From Candidatus Bathyarchaeota archaeon B24 (GTDB lineage: Archaea > Thermoproteota > CALKCG01 > B24), in the NCBI GenBank assembly GCA_001593865.1, contig LUCB01000001.1, positions 23,670 to 87,669 of the forward strand: 64,000 bases of DNA, read 5' to 3'. Below the pieces are notes generated by a model, which saw only the letters and a program-made list of their open reading frames with translations, was not told the DNA's origin and made no database searches. Made by a program: the position numbers and the translations under genes. This document shows, one piece after another, positions 1 to 8,537 of this stretch (its first letter is position 1; each line of letters opens with the position of its first letter).

Positions 1-435
1 GTCCTATCGGCTGGGTTGGTCGCCCTAACCCTTTGGCTTGTAGGGTCGACTGTTTACAGCGGTGTCGTAGAGGCCTACATAGGGTCGTCCCTAATAGCTA
101 CGGGAGAGGTGTCGAAGCTATTCTGGCTCATTCTAGCAGGATTAGCCTTCACATCCATAGCTGTATCGTCTTTCAAAATTGAGCCGAATCTGAGCATGCT
201 GATAGTCGCCGTCCTCATCGGAGGTTCTGAAATGGTCTTAGGATACTACCTCTATGAAAGCCTGATATTAGGCTACTACGCTTTAGCAGAGGTTCCTGTA
301 AACATCGGGCAGATGACTATAGGGCTCATAGCTTCTCTACCGCTCGTGAAAACTCTAAACAGGATAAGTTTATTTAAGATTCTGAAGGCCGAGCAGAAGG
401 TTTCGCAAATCGTAAAATCTACATCGAACCCCTAG
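1..435 (+). CDS. hypothetical integral membrane protein, possibly 5'-partial (reading frame open to window start)
   Basis: The ORF track gives 16..435 with a TTG start. The frame has no stop between base 1 and 16. The translation is hydrophobic and multi-TM (LILAGLAFTSIAVS, IVAVLIGG). No recognisable family. Confidence 0.3.
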   Translation, partial: VLSAGLVALTLWLVGSTVYSGVVEAYIGSSLIATGEVSKLFWLILAGLAFTSIAVSSFKIEPNLSMLIVAVLIGGSEMVLGYYLYESLILGYYALAEVPVNIGQMTIGLIASLPLVKTLNRISLFKILKAEQKVSQIVKSTSNP

Positions 436-467
436 AGCTTCGGAGTGAAAGTGTGGTATTAATAAAG

Positions 468-2903
468 TCATTGGGCGGTGTAATATACACCTTCACCTAT
501 TTCTTCAGCCTCTTTAGTTGGTTTACGGAATTCTATTCTCTCTAAGCGATGCATATGCTTCAGGTCGTCGACGAATATTTCTAGGCACTTCGGTGCGAAG
601 ACTACTCCGGGTAAAGATGCGCTCAGAGGTAGTCCAAGCTTCTTCTTAAGCCTCCATATGCTGCTGTTGAGCTTCATGAAGGGTTCGGTTAAGTTCGTCA
701 GCTCCTCTTTAACCGGTATTTTTTCCGGCAAGCTTTCTTTGTGAACCGTTCCTCCGTACAGCTCTCTCCATATGCCGTCGGTTATGAAGGGACATATGGG
801 TGCTAAAAGCCTTAAGACGGTCTTCAAAACCTGGTGTAAGGTATACCACGCCGACCGCTGAGCCTCAGAGCTAAACCGTCCGTCTTTATTATACGCCCTA
901 GGCTTAATAGCCTCTAGATAGTGGTCAGCCAGTATACGCCACACGAAGTACTTTATACCATTACTCGCCTCGAAGAAATCTAAGCTCTCATAATCCTTTT
1001 CACATACCTCGATCAGTTTGTTGGCTTCGGCAAGTATCCACTCGTCCAGGGGTTCAAGCTTACTAGGTCTCTCCGCCTGAGGGAAGGACGATATAAACCT
1101 CGCGACGTTCCAAAGCTTTGTCATAAATAGTCTCGCGGCTTTGACCTTCTCCTCAGAGTACCGATAATCTGAGCCGAGTTTAACCTCTGAGGCAGTCCAG
1201 AACCTGAAGGCGTCGGCACCGTATTTTTCGAGTATAGGCTCCGGATAGACTACGTTACCTTTAGATTTATGCATAGCCTCACCCTTCTCGTCAAGACCCA
1301 TACCGGAGATCCTTACATACTTAAACGCAGGTCTACCCAGAAGCTGATAAACCCTCAGAATCGTGTAGTACAGCCAAGTTCGTATTATCTCATAGCCCTG
1401 CGGTCTCAATATAGACTGAGACGCTTTCTTAAACAGCTCGTCATCCCTCATGTATCCTGAGACGTATAAGGGGCTTATGCTGGAGTCCATCCACGTATCT
1501 AACGTCCTCCACTCGCCTTCAAACTCTGTAGAACCGCAGTACCGACACTTCTCGAAAGGCGGCTTCTCCATCCATGGCTTATAGTATCTTCCAGGCTCCG
1601 GCAGGTTCGGTTTACCGCATTTTTTACAGTACCATATCGGTATCTCCGTCCCATAGAACCTCCTTCTCGATATAGGCCAATCTATCGATACGCTGTCGAC
1701 CCAATCTAGAAGCAGCCGCTTAAACCTTTCAGGATAGAACTTCATCTCGTCTATTATACGTCTCAAGTCTTCGATGAAGTCAAGCTGCTTCAGGTAGAAC
1801 TCTTTGACATAGATGAACTCTATAGGGTCTTTAGACCTCCAACAGATAGGTGTCTTATGCTTTATAGTCTCTACCTTCTCCAGCAGCCCCGCGGATTCGA
1901 GGTCCTCTACGACCTTAGCCCTAGCCTCCTCGACTTTAAGCCCCTGGTATTTCCCGGCGTTTGCGTTCATCCGTCCATCCGGGTCGATGGCTATGACAGG
2001 TTTCAACCCAAGCTCCCTGAAAAGCCGTATATCCGCCTTATCTCCGTAAGAGCAGACCATCACAAGACCTGAACCGAACTCGGGCCTAGCGTAGGGATGC
2101 GACAATATCGGAACCTCTCTATTGTAAAGCGGAACTATTGCGGTTAGCCCTTCTAGATGCCGATACCGTTCATCCTCCGGGTTGAATATGACGGCCGCGC
2201 ATGTACATAGGAGTTCAGGTCTTGTAGAGGCCACGACGATGTCTTTATCCAGCTCCTTGACTTTGAACCTCATATAGACGAGCTTGGTCTCCTTCTCCGC
2301 ATACTCGACTTCAGCGTCGGCTATCGTGGTTCTACATGAGGGACACCAGTTTACAGGATATTCCGCTTCATAGATCAAGCCTTTATTCCAAAGCGCTATG
2401 AACGTCGACTGGGTGACCCTTCGATAATCCGGGTTATCCGTCTGATAGTAGTTTTCGAAGTCGCAACTCAAACCCAAGCGCCTAGCTATGTTCAGTAGAC
2501 CCTTCTCGATCTCGTCTAGAAACTTACGGCAAAGCTCCTCGAATTTTATCCTATCTGATTCATGAGCACGTATTCCATACCTCTTCTCGACCTGAACCTC
2601 TACCGGTAGGCCGTTTCGGTCTACACCGAAGGGGAATAAAACCTCGTAACCTCGCATCCTGAAGCTTCGGGCTACCATGTCTATCTGCGCGTAGTGCGCC
2701 GCTCCGCCCACATGCCATCTCCCAGACGCATACGGAGGAGGTGTATCGATAACTATGATGGGTTTTTCTGAAGACTCGTTAAAACGGTAGAGGTTTTCCT
2801 CCGCCCAGGTCTCCAGAAGCTCTACTTCTCTCTCGATTTTCCACCGCTTACTCTTTAGCCTCGGTCTGAATCCTCCACCAGCCATATCTTTATCCACTAC
2901 CAT
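468..2903 (-). CDS. valS: valyl-tRNA synthetase (class I)
   Basis: 811 aa. Class I core PPPYASGRWHVGGAAHYAQIDMVARSFRMRGYEVLFPFGVDRNGLPVEVQVEKRYG, KMSKS-type MHKSKGNVV, editing and anticodon-binding regions. The length fits archaeal ValRS. An alternative ATG at 2885 (MAGGG...) is possible. Confidence 0.9.
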   Translation of the reverse strand: MVVDKDMAGGGFRPRLKSKRWKIEREVELLETWAEENLYRFNESSEKPIIVIDTPPPYASGRWHVGGAAHYAQIDMVARSFRMRGYEVLFPFGVDRNGLPVEVQVEKRYGIRAHESDRIKFEELCRKFLDEIEKGLLNIARRLGLSCDFENYYQTDNPDYRRVTQSTFIALWNKGLIYEAEYPVNWCPSCRTTIADAEVEYAEKETKLVYMRFKVKELDKDIVVASTRPELLCTCAAVIFNPEDERYRHLEGLTAIVPLYNREVPILSHPYARPEFGSGLVMVCSYGDKADIRLFRELGLKPVIAIDPDGRMNANAGKYQGLKVEEARAKVVEDLESAGLLEKVETIKHKTPICWRSKDPIEFIYVKEFYLKQLDFIEDLRRIIDEMKFYPERFKRLLLDWVDSVSIDWPISRRRFYGTEIPIWYCKKCGKPNLPEPGRYYKPWMEKPPFEKCRYCGSTEFEGEWRTLDTWMDSSISPLYVSGYMRDDELFKKASQSILRPQGYEIIRTWLYYTILRVYQLLGRPAFKYVRISGMGLDEKGEAMHKSKGNVVYPEPILEKYGADAFRFWTASEVKLGSDYRYSEEKVKAARLFMTKLWNVARFISSFPQAERPSKLEPLDEWILAEANKLIEVCEKDYESLDFFEASNGIKYFVWRILADHYLEAIKPRAYNKDGRFSSEAQRSAWYTLHQVLKTVLRLLAPICPFITDGIWRELYGGTVHKESLPEKIPVKEELTNLTEPFMKLNSSIWRLKKKLGLPLSASLPGVVFAPKCLEIFVDDLKHMHRLERIEFRKPTKEAEEIGEGVYYTAQ

Positions 2904-2981
2904 AAGGGGCTTTAAGTAGGGTTTTAAAGATTACCATCACCTAATCAACGAGGCGGGAAAGACCATGAAGTATAAAGTGTT

Positions 2982-5900
2982 CTATCCAAGTCTGTTTATT
3001 CCTATGAGATACTTCCCGTCTTCCAAGTCCCACTCCTTACAATACTCCGTCTCAGGTATCTCCTCCGTCGTCAGTACAAGCCTCTTAGCCCTCACCTCAC
3101 CCGCTATGTAATCCCTCGTGCTCTCCAAGAGACTTAAAGACTCTGCGCTAGGGGCTTTAACGTAGACCTCTATGTACGCATCCACCGGAAGGTCCATCTC
3201 CTTACGCATATACTGCACCCTCCTGACGAGGTCTCTACCCAACCCCTCGGCCTGTAGAGCCCTGTCTATCCTCGTGTCTAGGTATAAAACCCCGTGGCTA
3301 AACTCGGTGTAGGCTAAACCTTCTCTAAGCATCTTCTCTACAGATACGTGCTCAGGTCTAACCTCGAAGACCTCTCCCTCGACCTCGAGCATGCACCTAC
3401 CCGATTCCCTGAGCTCTTTAAGCTGGTTCGAAGTCAGACTCTTTATAGCCTCCGCCACCAAGGGAGCTTTAGACCTAAACTCCTTACCCACAGCAGGCAT
3501 ATTAGGCGTGGCTTTCTCCACCCATAGCGTCTTCTCCTCGTCGGACTTGAGGAGCAAAACCTCTTTAACGTTAACTTGCTCCTTAAGCACGTCTGTCAAG
3601 GGTTTAAGCTTCTCGGCTAACGCTTCAGGAATTCTCAGATATAGCCTTTTGACCGGTTGTCTAAGCTTTAACCCAGCCCTCTGTCTGACTTTAGCAGAAG
3701 CTTCAACTATTTCCCTGGCGACCTCCATAGCCTCCTCGAGAGTCAGATTCTTCCACATAGGGTCGGGCTTAGGCCACTTGTTCATGTGTACGCTCTCGGG
3801 TAGATTCGGCTCCGCGGGTCTGAAGACGTGCTGGTAGATCTTCTCGGTTATGAACGGTATGATAGGCGCCGCGAGTATGAGAAACATCTTCAGCACGTTG
3901 TATAGAACGCTGTAGGACGCGAGTTTCTCAGGATCCTCCTCCTCTATCCACGTCTTACGGCGTATAAGCCTGATGTACCATCTACTCACGTCTTCGACCA
4001 TGAAATCTCTAAGCATCCTAACGGCTTCGTGGATATGGTAATTCTCGAAGCTCTCAGTAACGCTCTCGATTAAACGCTGCGTTCTGGAGAGAATCCATAG
4101 GTCTTCAGGCTTCATATGGCCCTTAACCTTCTCCAAGCTCCATTTCGATGGGTTAAACTTATCTAAATTCATGTAGGTCGATGCGAACACGTAAACGTTC
4201 CAAAGAATATTCATGAAAGACAAGGTCTCCTTAACACCTTTCCAAGAGAACCTCAGGTCTTCCCATAGGGTATGCTGAAGCTCGTAAAACCTTAGGATGT
4301 CTCTGCCGAACTTCTCTATAACCTCCTCCGGGGCTATGTAGTTGCCCCAAGACTTATGCATCTCTCTACCGGTTTCATCTAGCACGAATCCATGCATTGC
4401 CACAGACCTATAAGGCGCCGAGCCGAAAACCAGAATACCGCACGCCAGTAGCGAGTAGAACCATCCCCTTGTCTGGTCATGACCCTCGACCACGAAGTCT
4501 ACTGGATACCATTCCTTAAGCCCTTTATCGCTAGACGGGTATCCGAGCGACGCCCAGGACGCCGACCCGGAATCCATCCACACATCGACGACATCCAGAA
4601 CCCTACGCATCTCTCCTCCACACTCACATCTCAAAATGACCTTATCGACCCATGGCCTATGAAGCTCGACATCCTTCCCCTTAGACGCCTCGAGAAGCTC
4701 CCTCTTAGAGCCTATGACCCTACGCTTACCACATTTGCGGCATATCCATATCGGCAGTGGAACCCCCCAGTATCTCTGCCGGGAGATCACCCAGTCCGAT
4801 ATACCCCTAAGCCAGTTTCCGAACCTATTCTTACCTGCCCACTCAGGTATCCACTTCACCTTACTGTTCTCTTTAAGCAAAAGGTCTCTGAGCCTACTCA
4901 TCCTTATGACCCATTGCCTAGTGGCTCTTAGCAGCAGAGGGGTTTTGCATCTCCAACAGTGTGGATACCTGTGAACTACCGTTCCGCTGTAGAGTAGAAG
5001 CCCTTTCCTACGTAGATCCTCGATTATCAATGGGTCTGCGTCTTTCACGTAAAGACCTGCGTATTTACCGGCCTCATCCGTGAACCTACCTGCCTCGTCT
5101 ACAGGTGAAACCACGGGTAAACCGTAGCGCATACCTACCTCGAAGTCTTCCTCACCATGACCGGGAGCCGAATGGACTAGACCCGTTCCCTCGGTCAAGT
5201 ACACATACTCCTCAGATAGGACAACCTTATGGGCATCTTTAAGGTTCCTCTGAACCGGTACCTCTTCGGCTAACGGAGGCTTATACCGCAACCCCTCAAG
5301 CTTACTACCTTCAAACGTCTCCAAAATCTCATAGCTGAGACCAGCTTCTTCAAAAACCGGGTCGACCCGTTCCTCAGCCAGTATATAGACTTCGTCTCCG
5401 ACCTTAACCCTCGCATATCTATAATTCGGATGCGCCATGACGGCCACGTTAGCGGGTAGGGTCCAAGGCGTCGTAGTCCATATGAGGAGATACTCACCCT
5501 CTCTACCTTCAACCGGGAACTTCACGTATATCGACGGGTCCTCTACATCCCTATACTCCTGCGAAACCTCGTAACCGGCAGCTAAAGCGGTCTCACACCT
5601 GGGACACCAATGGGTAACCCTTAGCGTGTTCTCTAGTAGACCTAGCTCCTCAGCCCTCTTGATGACGAGCCACACGGCCTCTATGTATTCATCCTTGATC
5701 GTCATGTAGGGGTTTTCCCAATCCATCCAAACGCCTAGGTTCTTAAACTGCTTAGTGAGGATCCGGAGGTTTCTGAGGGCGAATTTTTTACACTCCTCGA
5801 CGAACTTATCTATGCCGATATGCTCCTCTATCTCCTTCTTGCTCCTTATTCCAAGGGACTTCTCGACCATAACCTCTATCGGTAGTCCATGCATATCGAA

Positions 5901-6155
5901 GCCTGGCCTGTCCCTGACCTTGAAGCCTCTCATCCGTTTATACCGAAGCACGCTATCCTTGATCACCTTATTCCATGCCGTCCCGAGGTGTATGGAGCTA
6001 GTGACGTAAGGCGGTCCGTCTAAGAAATAGAACTTCTCACCGTCTTCAGAGAACCTCTTGGTTTTCTCATATATCCTATTCTCCTTCCACCAACGGAAGA
6101 TTTCCTCCTCGACTTTTTTAGGTTCATAGTGTTTAGGTAGTAGACCTACATACAT
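2982..6155 (-). CDS. ileS: isoleucyl-tRNA synthetase (class I)
   Basis: The ORF track gives 2982..6236 (1084 aa). The conserved IleRS N-terminus begins at MYVGLLPKHYEPKKVEEEIFRWW, ATG at 6153-6155. Contains YFLDGPPYVTSSIHLGTAWNKV (HIGH-type), MHKSWGNYI (KMSKS) and a Zn-finger CWRCKTP. About 1057 aa is typical of archaeal IleRS. Confidence 0.9.
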   Translation of the reverse strand: MYVGLLPKHYEPKKVEEEIFRWWKENRIYEKTKRFSEDGEKFYFLDGPPYVTSSIHLGTAWNKVIKDSVLRYKRMRGFKVRDRPGFDMHGLPIEVMVEKSLGIRSKKEIEEHIGIDKFVEECKKFALRNLRILTKQFKNLGVWMDWENPYMTIKDEYIEAVWLVIKRAEELGLLENTLRVTHWCPRCETALAAGYEVSQEYRDVEDPSIYVKFPVEGREGEYLLIWTTTPWTLPANVAVMAHPNYRYARVKVGDEVYILAEERVDPVFEEAGLSYEILETFEGSKLEGLRYKPPLAEEVPVQRNLKDAHKVVLSEEYVYLTEGTGLVHSAPGHGEEDFEVGMRYGLPVVSPVDEAGRFTDEAGKYAGLYVKDADPLIIEDLRRKGLLLYSGTVVHRYPHCWRCKTPLLLRATRQWVIRMSRLRDLLLKENSKVKWIPEWAGKNRFGNWLRGISDWVISRQRYWGVPLPIWICRKCGKRRVIGSKRELLEASKGKDVELHRPWVDKVILRCECGGEMRRVLDVVDVWMDSGSASWASLGYPSSDKGLKEWYPVDFVVEGHDQTRGWFYSLLACGILVFGSAPYRSVAMHGFVLDETGREMHKSWGNYIAPEEVIEKFGRDILRFYELQHTLWEDLRFSWKGVKETLSFMNILWNVYVFASTYMNLDKFNPSKWSLEKVKGHMKPEDLWILSRTQRLIESVTESFENYHIHEAVRMLRDFMVEDVSRWYIRLIRRKTWIEEEDPEKLASYSVLYNVLKMFLILAAPIIPFITEKIYQHVFRPAEPNLPESVHMNKWPKPDPMWKNLTLEEAMEVAREIVEASAKVRQRAGLKLRQPVKRLYLRIPEALAEKLKPLTDVLKEQVNVKEVLLLKSDEEKTLWVEKATPNMPAVGKEFRSKAPLVAEAIKSLTSNQLKELRESGRCMLEVEGEVFEVRPEHVSVEKMLREGLAYTEFSHGVLYLDTRIDRALQAEGLGRDLVRRVQYMRKEMDLPVDAYIEVYVKAPSAESLSLLESTRDYIAGEVRAKRLVLTTEEIPETEYCKEWDLEDGKYLIGINRLG

Positions 6156-6273
6156 GTAACCACTTCCCTTAGAGCCTAGACCCTTAGAACGTTCGTACGA
6201 TAAGAAGTTACGTTTAGTGTTTAATTTTTGAACCACCCATCGTCCTCAAGCACATAGTAACCATAGAGGTTAG

Positions 6274-6282
6274 TATTTAAAA
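6274..6282 (+). promoter_or_regulatory. candidate TATA box (TATTTAAAA) upstream of nucS, in the divergent ileS/nucS intergenic region
   Basis: AT-rich TATTTAAAA about 34 nt upstream of the TTG start at 6316. The spacing and composition fit an archaeal BRE/TATA promoter. Sequence-only inference. Confidence 0.3.
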
Positions 6283-6315
6283 GTTGTGCAGATGTTTATG
6301 GTTTAGAGAGACGAC

Positions 6316-7086
6316 TTGACGGGGTTCATAATTCAAAACCCGACTTTAGAGCAATGCTTAAAAGCCGTCAAGATGGGTATCGGCGCTAGAAGGCTACTCA
6401 TCATGCTCGGGGAGCTACGCGTAGACTACTTCGGTAGAGGAAGCTCCGAACTCGATTATGGTGAGAGGCTTCTCATAGTCAAAAGCGACGGCTCTCTTCT
6501 GATACATAGACCGACAAACGTCGAGCCTGTGAACTGGCAGCCTCCTGGAAGCCTATATAGGGCTTACGTCAAGAGGGGTTTACTCGTCCTAGAGGCTTAC
6601 CGCAAAAGACCTGAGGAGAGGGTGAAAGTAACGTTCAGACGGGTTTCCCTGGTCGGCGTCTACCATCTCAAAGATGAAGCTGAATTCAAACTCTACACAG
6701 CCGAGGAGATCATGAAGAAGGCTTTCATAAAGAGACCTGACCTTGTGGAGAAAGGGCTTAGGGTAGTTCTGGAAGAGAAGAGGCTTAGGGCCGGTCTGGT
6801 GGACTGTTTCTGTGTGGATTCGTCGAACAGGCCGGTGGTCGTCGAGTTCAAAAAGGACAGAGCCAGCGTTGAAGCAGTCGAGCAGCTTTCGAGATATGTC
6901 GATGAGCTTAGGAGGGGAAACCCCGAGGTCAGAGGAATACTCGTGGCGCCATCGATAACCAGGGAAGCTCTCGAAAGAGCTAGGTCTCTGAACCTCGAAT
7001 ACCGCAGGCTCGACGTTAGGAGTTGTATTAGGGTTTTAGAGTCCATAGGAGAATCTGTTAAGCCCCTCGAATACTTCGAGGGCTAA
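6316..7086 (+). CDS. nucS: endonuclease NucS/EndoMS (mismatch-specific RecB-like nuclease)
   Basis: 256 aa. N-terminal ssDNA-binding-type domain, then a RecB-family nuclease core VDCFCVDSSNRPVVVEFKKDRAS (D...ExK) and QLSRY (QxxxY). Size and architecture match archaeal NucS. Confidence 0.8.
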   Translation: MTGFIIQNPTLEQCLKAVKMGIGARRLLIMLGELRVDYFGRGSSELDYGERLLIVKSDGSLLIHRPTNVEPVNWQPPGSLYRAYVKRGLLVLEAYRKRPEERVKVTFRRVSLVGVYHLKDEAEFKLYTAEEIMKKAFIKRPDLVEKGLRVVLEEKRLRAGLVDCFCVDSSNRPVVVEFKKDRASVEAVEQLSRYVDELRRGNPEVRGILVAPSITREALERARSLNLEYRRLDVRSCIRVLESIGESVKPLEYFEG

Positions 7087-7122
7087 CTTTAAATTAAATG
7101 CTAATCCTTAAACTTTAGGGCT

Positions 7123-7386
7123 ATGGGGGTTTACGGCTTAGACCCTGTGACGTTGGGTTTGGTTATGGTAGTAATCGGAGTAGCCTTAGTTTTCATAGGT
7201 ATTGTGGCGGAGTTTCTTAGAAGCGTTAGAGGAGGTACCAAGGTTAAAGCCGGGGGAGCCGTTTTAATAGGACCTTTTCCGATAGTTTTCGGAGATAGGG
7301 AGCTTGTGAAGTACTCTTTCATACTTCTATTGGTCTTAGTCGTTTTAACTATAATATTTATGGTGATCCCGGGTGTCTTGAGATGA
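7123..7386 (+). CDS. small 2-TM membrane protein (TIGR00304/DUF131-like)
   Basis: 87 aa. Two hydrophobic helices flank GGAVLIGPFPIVFGDRE. Overlaps the next gene by 4 nt (ATGA), implying translational coupling. Confidence 0.45.
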   Translation: MGVYGLDPVTLGLVMVVIGVALVFIGIVAEFLRSVRGGTKVKAGGAVLIGPFPIVFGDRELVKYSFILLLVLVVLTIIFMVIPGVLR

Positions 7387-7796
7387 CTGTTCTATGCGAA
7401 GTCTGCGGTCGGTTCGAGGCTAGGTACGTATGTCGGGAATGCGGGGCTAGGGTATGCCCCATGTGCTTCGACCAGTCTACGTTGCTTTGTGTAAACTGTT
7501 TACACAGAGAGGAGCTGGCAAAACAGGAAAGCTACACTGAGACAGAGTTTCCTATAGGGTTTAAGCTTATCCTCGCGGGGTTCGTATTAACGTTTATAGG
7601 CATACTGACCATCGTTTTAGCTACTCTAGCGGGCAGTAGGATAGGTGACATAAGCTTTGTGATCCTTCTTCTCCCGATACCCTTGGGCGTCGTAGTAGGC
7701 CCCTATGGCTGGCTTCTCCTCATAGTGGCGTTGATTTTAACAGCGATCCTCATGTTTCTGATCGTTAAGTGGGGGAAACTTTTAAGACTACCATGA
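7383..7796 (+). CDS. zinc-ribbon membrane protein (N-terminal CxxC...CxxC...CxxC, C-terminal 2 TM)
   Basis: 137 aa. CEVCGRFEARYVCRECGARVCPMCFDQSTLLCVNC is a double Zn-ribbon. Two TM helices follow, with a PIPLGVVVGPYG motif resembling the preceding gene. Confidence 0.45.
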   Translation: MTVLCEVCGRFEARYVCRECGARVCPMCFDQSTLLCVNCLHREELAKQESYTETEFPIGFKLILAGFVLTFIGILTIVLATLAGSRIGDISFVILLLPIPLGVVVGPYGWLLLIVALILTAILMFLIVKWGKLLRLP

Positions 7797-7827
7797 CTTG
7801 TAATGGTTATGCGAAAGGTGTCTATGT

Positions 7828-8490
7828 TTGGCTAGAGGCGGCTTACTCGCAAGCTGGCTCACTAAGAGGAGACGTAGTAAGAGTATAGACCTTGCGTATA
7901 GGCAGATGAAGAACTCGGTCGAGACCGTTAACGAGCTCAAGAGGTGTCTTTCCGCCGTGATCGAAGATAGGCTTTCTGAGGCTAGAAAAAGCATCGAGAG
8001 GCTTTTCCTTATGGAAGCAGACATAGACGAGCTTAGGAGAAGGGTTTTCGCCGAGCTCTCTAGAGAGGAGGAGGCGTCCAAGTTTAGGGAAGACCTGATG
8101 CGTCTCGTCTGGGGCTTAGACGTCATGGCAGACCACGTTAAAGATTCTGCTAGAAACCTTCTCATACTCCTAGACGAGAACGTTTCTCCAGACCTTTGGG
8201 GTAAATATCTTAAGCTCGTGGAAGACCTCGTCTCCTGCGCTCAAGCACTTCTTAAGGCCATAGAGGCACTCGCCGGTAGGGGAAGAGAAGCTATACGGTA
8301 TATCGGAGAAGTCGATAGGTTTGAAGAACGCGTAGATGAGCAATACTTAGCGATTAGAAGGACGCTTATCAAGTCTGAGGATCTAAAACCTGGCGTGCTC
8401 ATGGCTTTAAGAGACTTACTCGAGTTCCTCGAAAGAGCCGCAGATATGTGCGCAGACACGGCAGATTACGTTAGGCTTCTCTTAGTTTAG
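7828..8490 (+). CDS. DUF47 family protein (PhoU-like helical bundle, phosphate-transport-regulator-like)
   Basis: 220 aa, all-helical, with the paired three-helix repeats typical of DUF47/TIGR00153. No Pit permease nearby. Confidence 0.65.
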   Translation: MARGGLLASWLTKRRRSKSIDLAYRQMKNSVETVNELKRCLSAVIEDRLSEARKSIERLFLMEADIDELRRRVFAELSREEEASKFREDLMRLVWGLDVMADHVKDSARNLLILLDENVSPDLWGKYLKLVEDLVSCAQALLKAIEALAGRGREAIRYIGEVDRFEERVDEQYLAIRRTLIKSEDLKPGVLMALRDLLEFLERAADMCADTADYVRLLLV

Positions 8491-8537
8491 CCGGTGAAAA
8501 CTTATCAGACCTGAGGATAAATTAGAGATCGAGCGCG

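Noticed and set aside
3391-3837. Antisense ORFs inside large genes, such as 3391..3837 and 4479..4931 within ileS. Others are 12103..12561 in pheS, 27931..28389 in rgy, 38509..39138 in lysC, 43217..43741 in aroE, 34881..35576 in aor and 40518..40973 across asd/aroA'.
   Set aside because: They lie wholly within, and antisense to, strongly supported conserved genes. Their Ser/Leu/Pro-rich low-complexity translations are typical of spurious reverse-frame ORFs in GC-balanced coding DNA.
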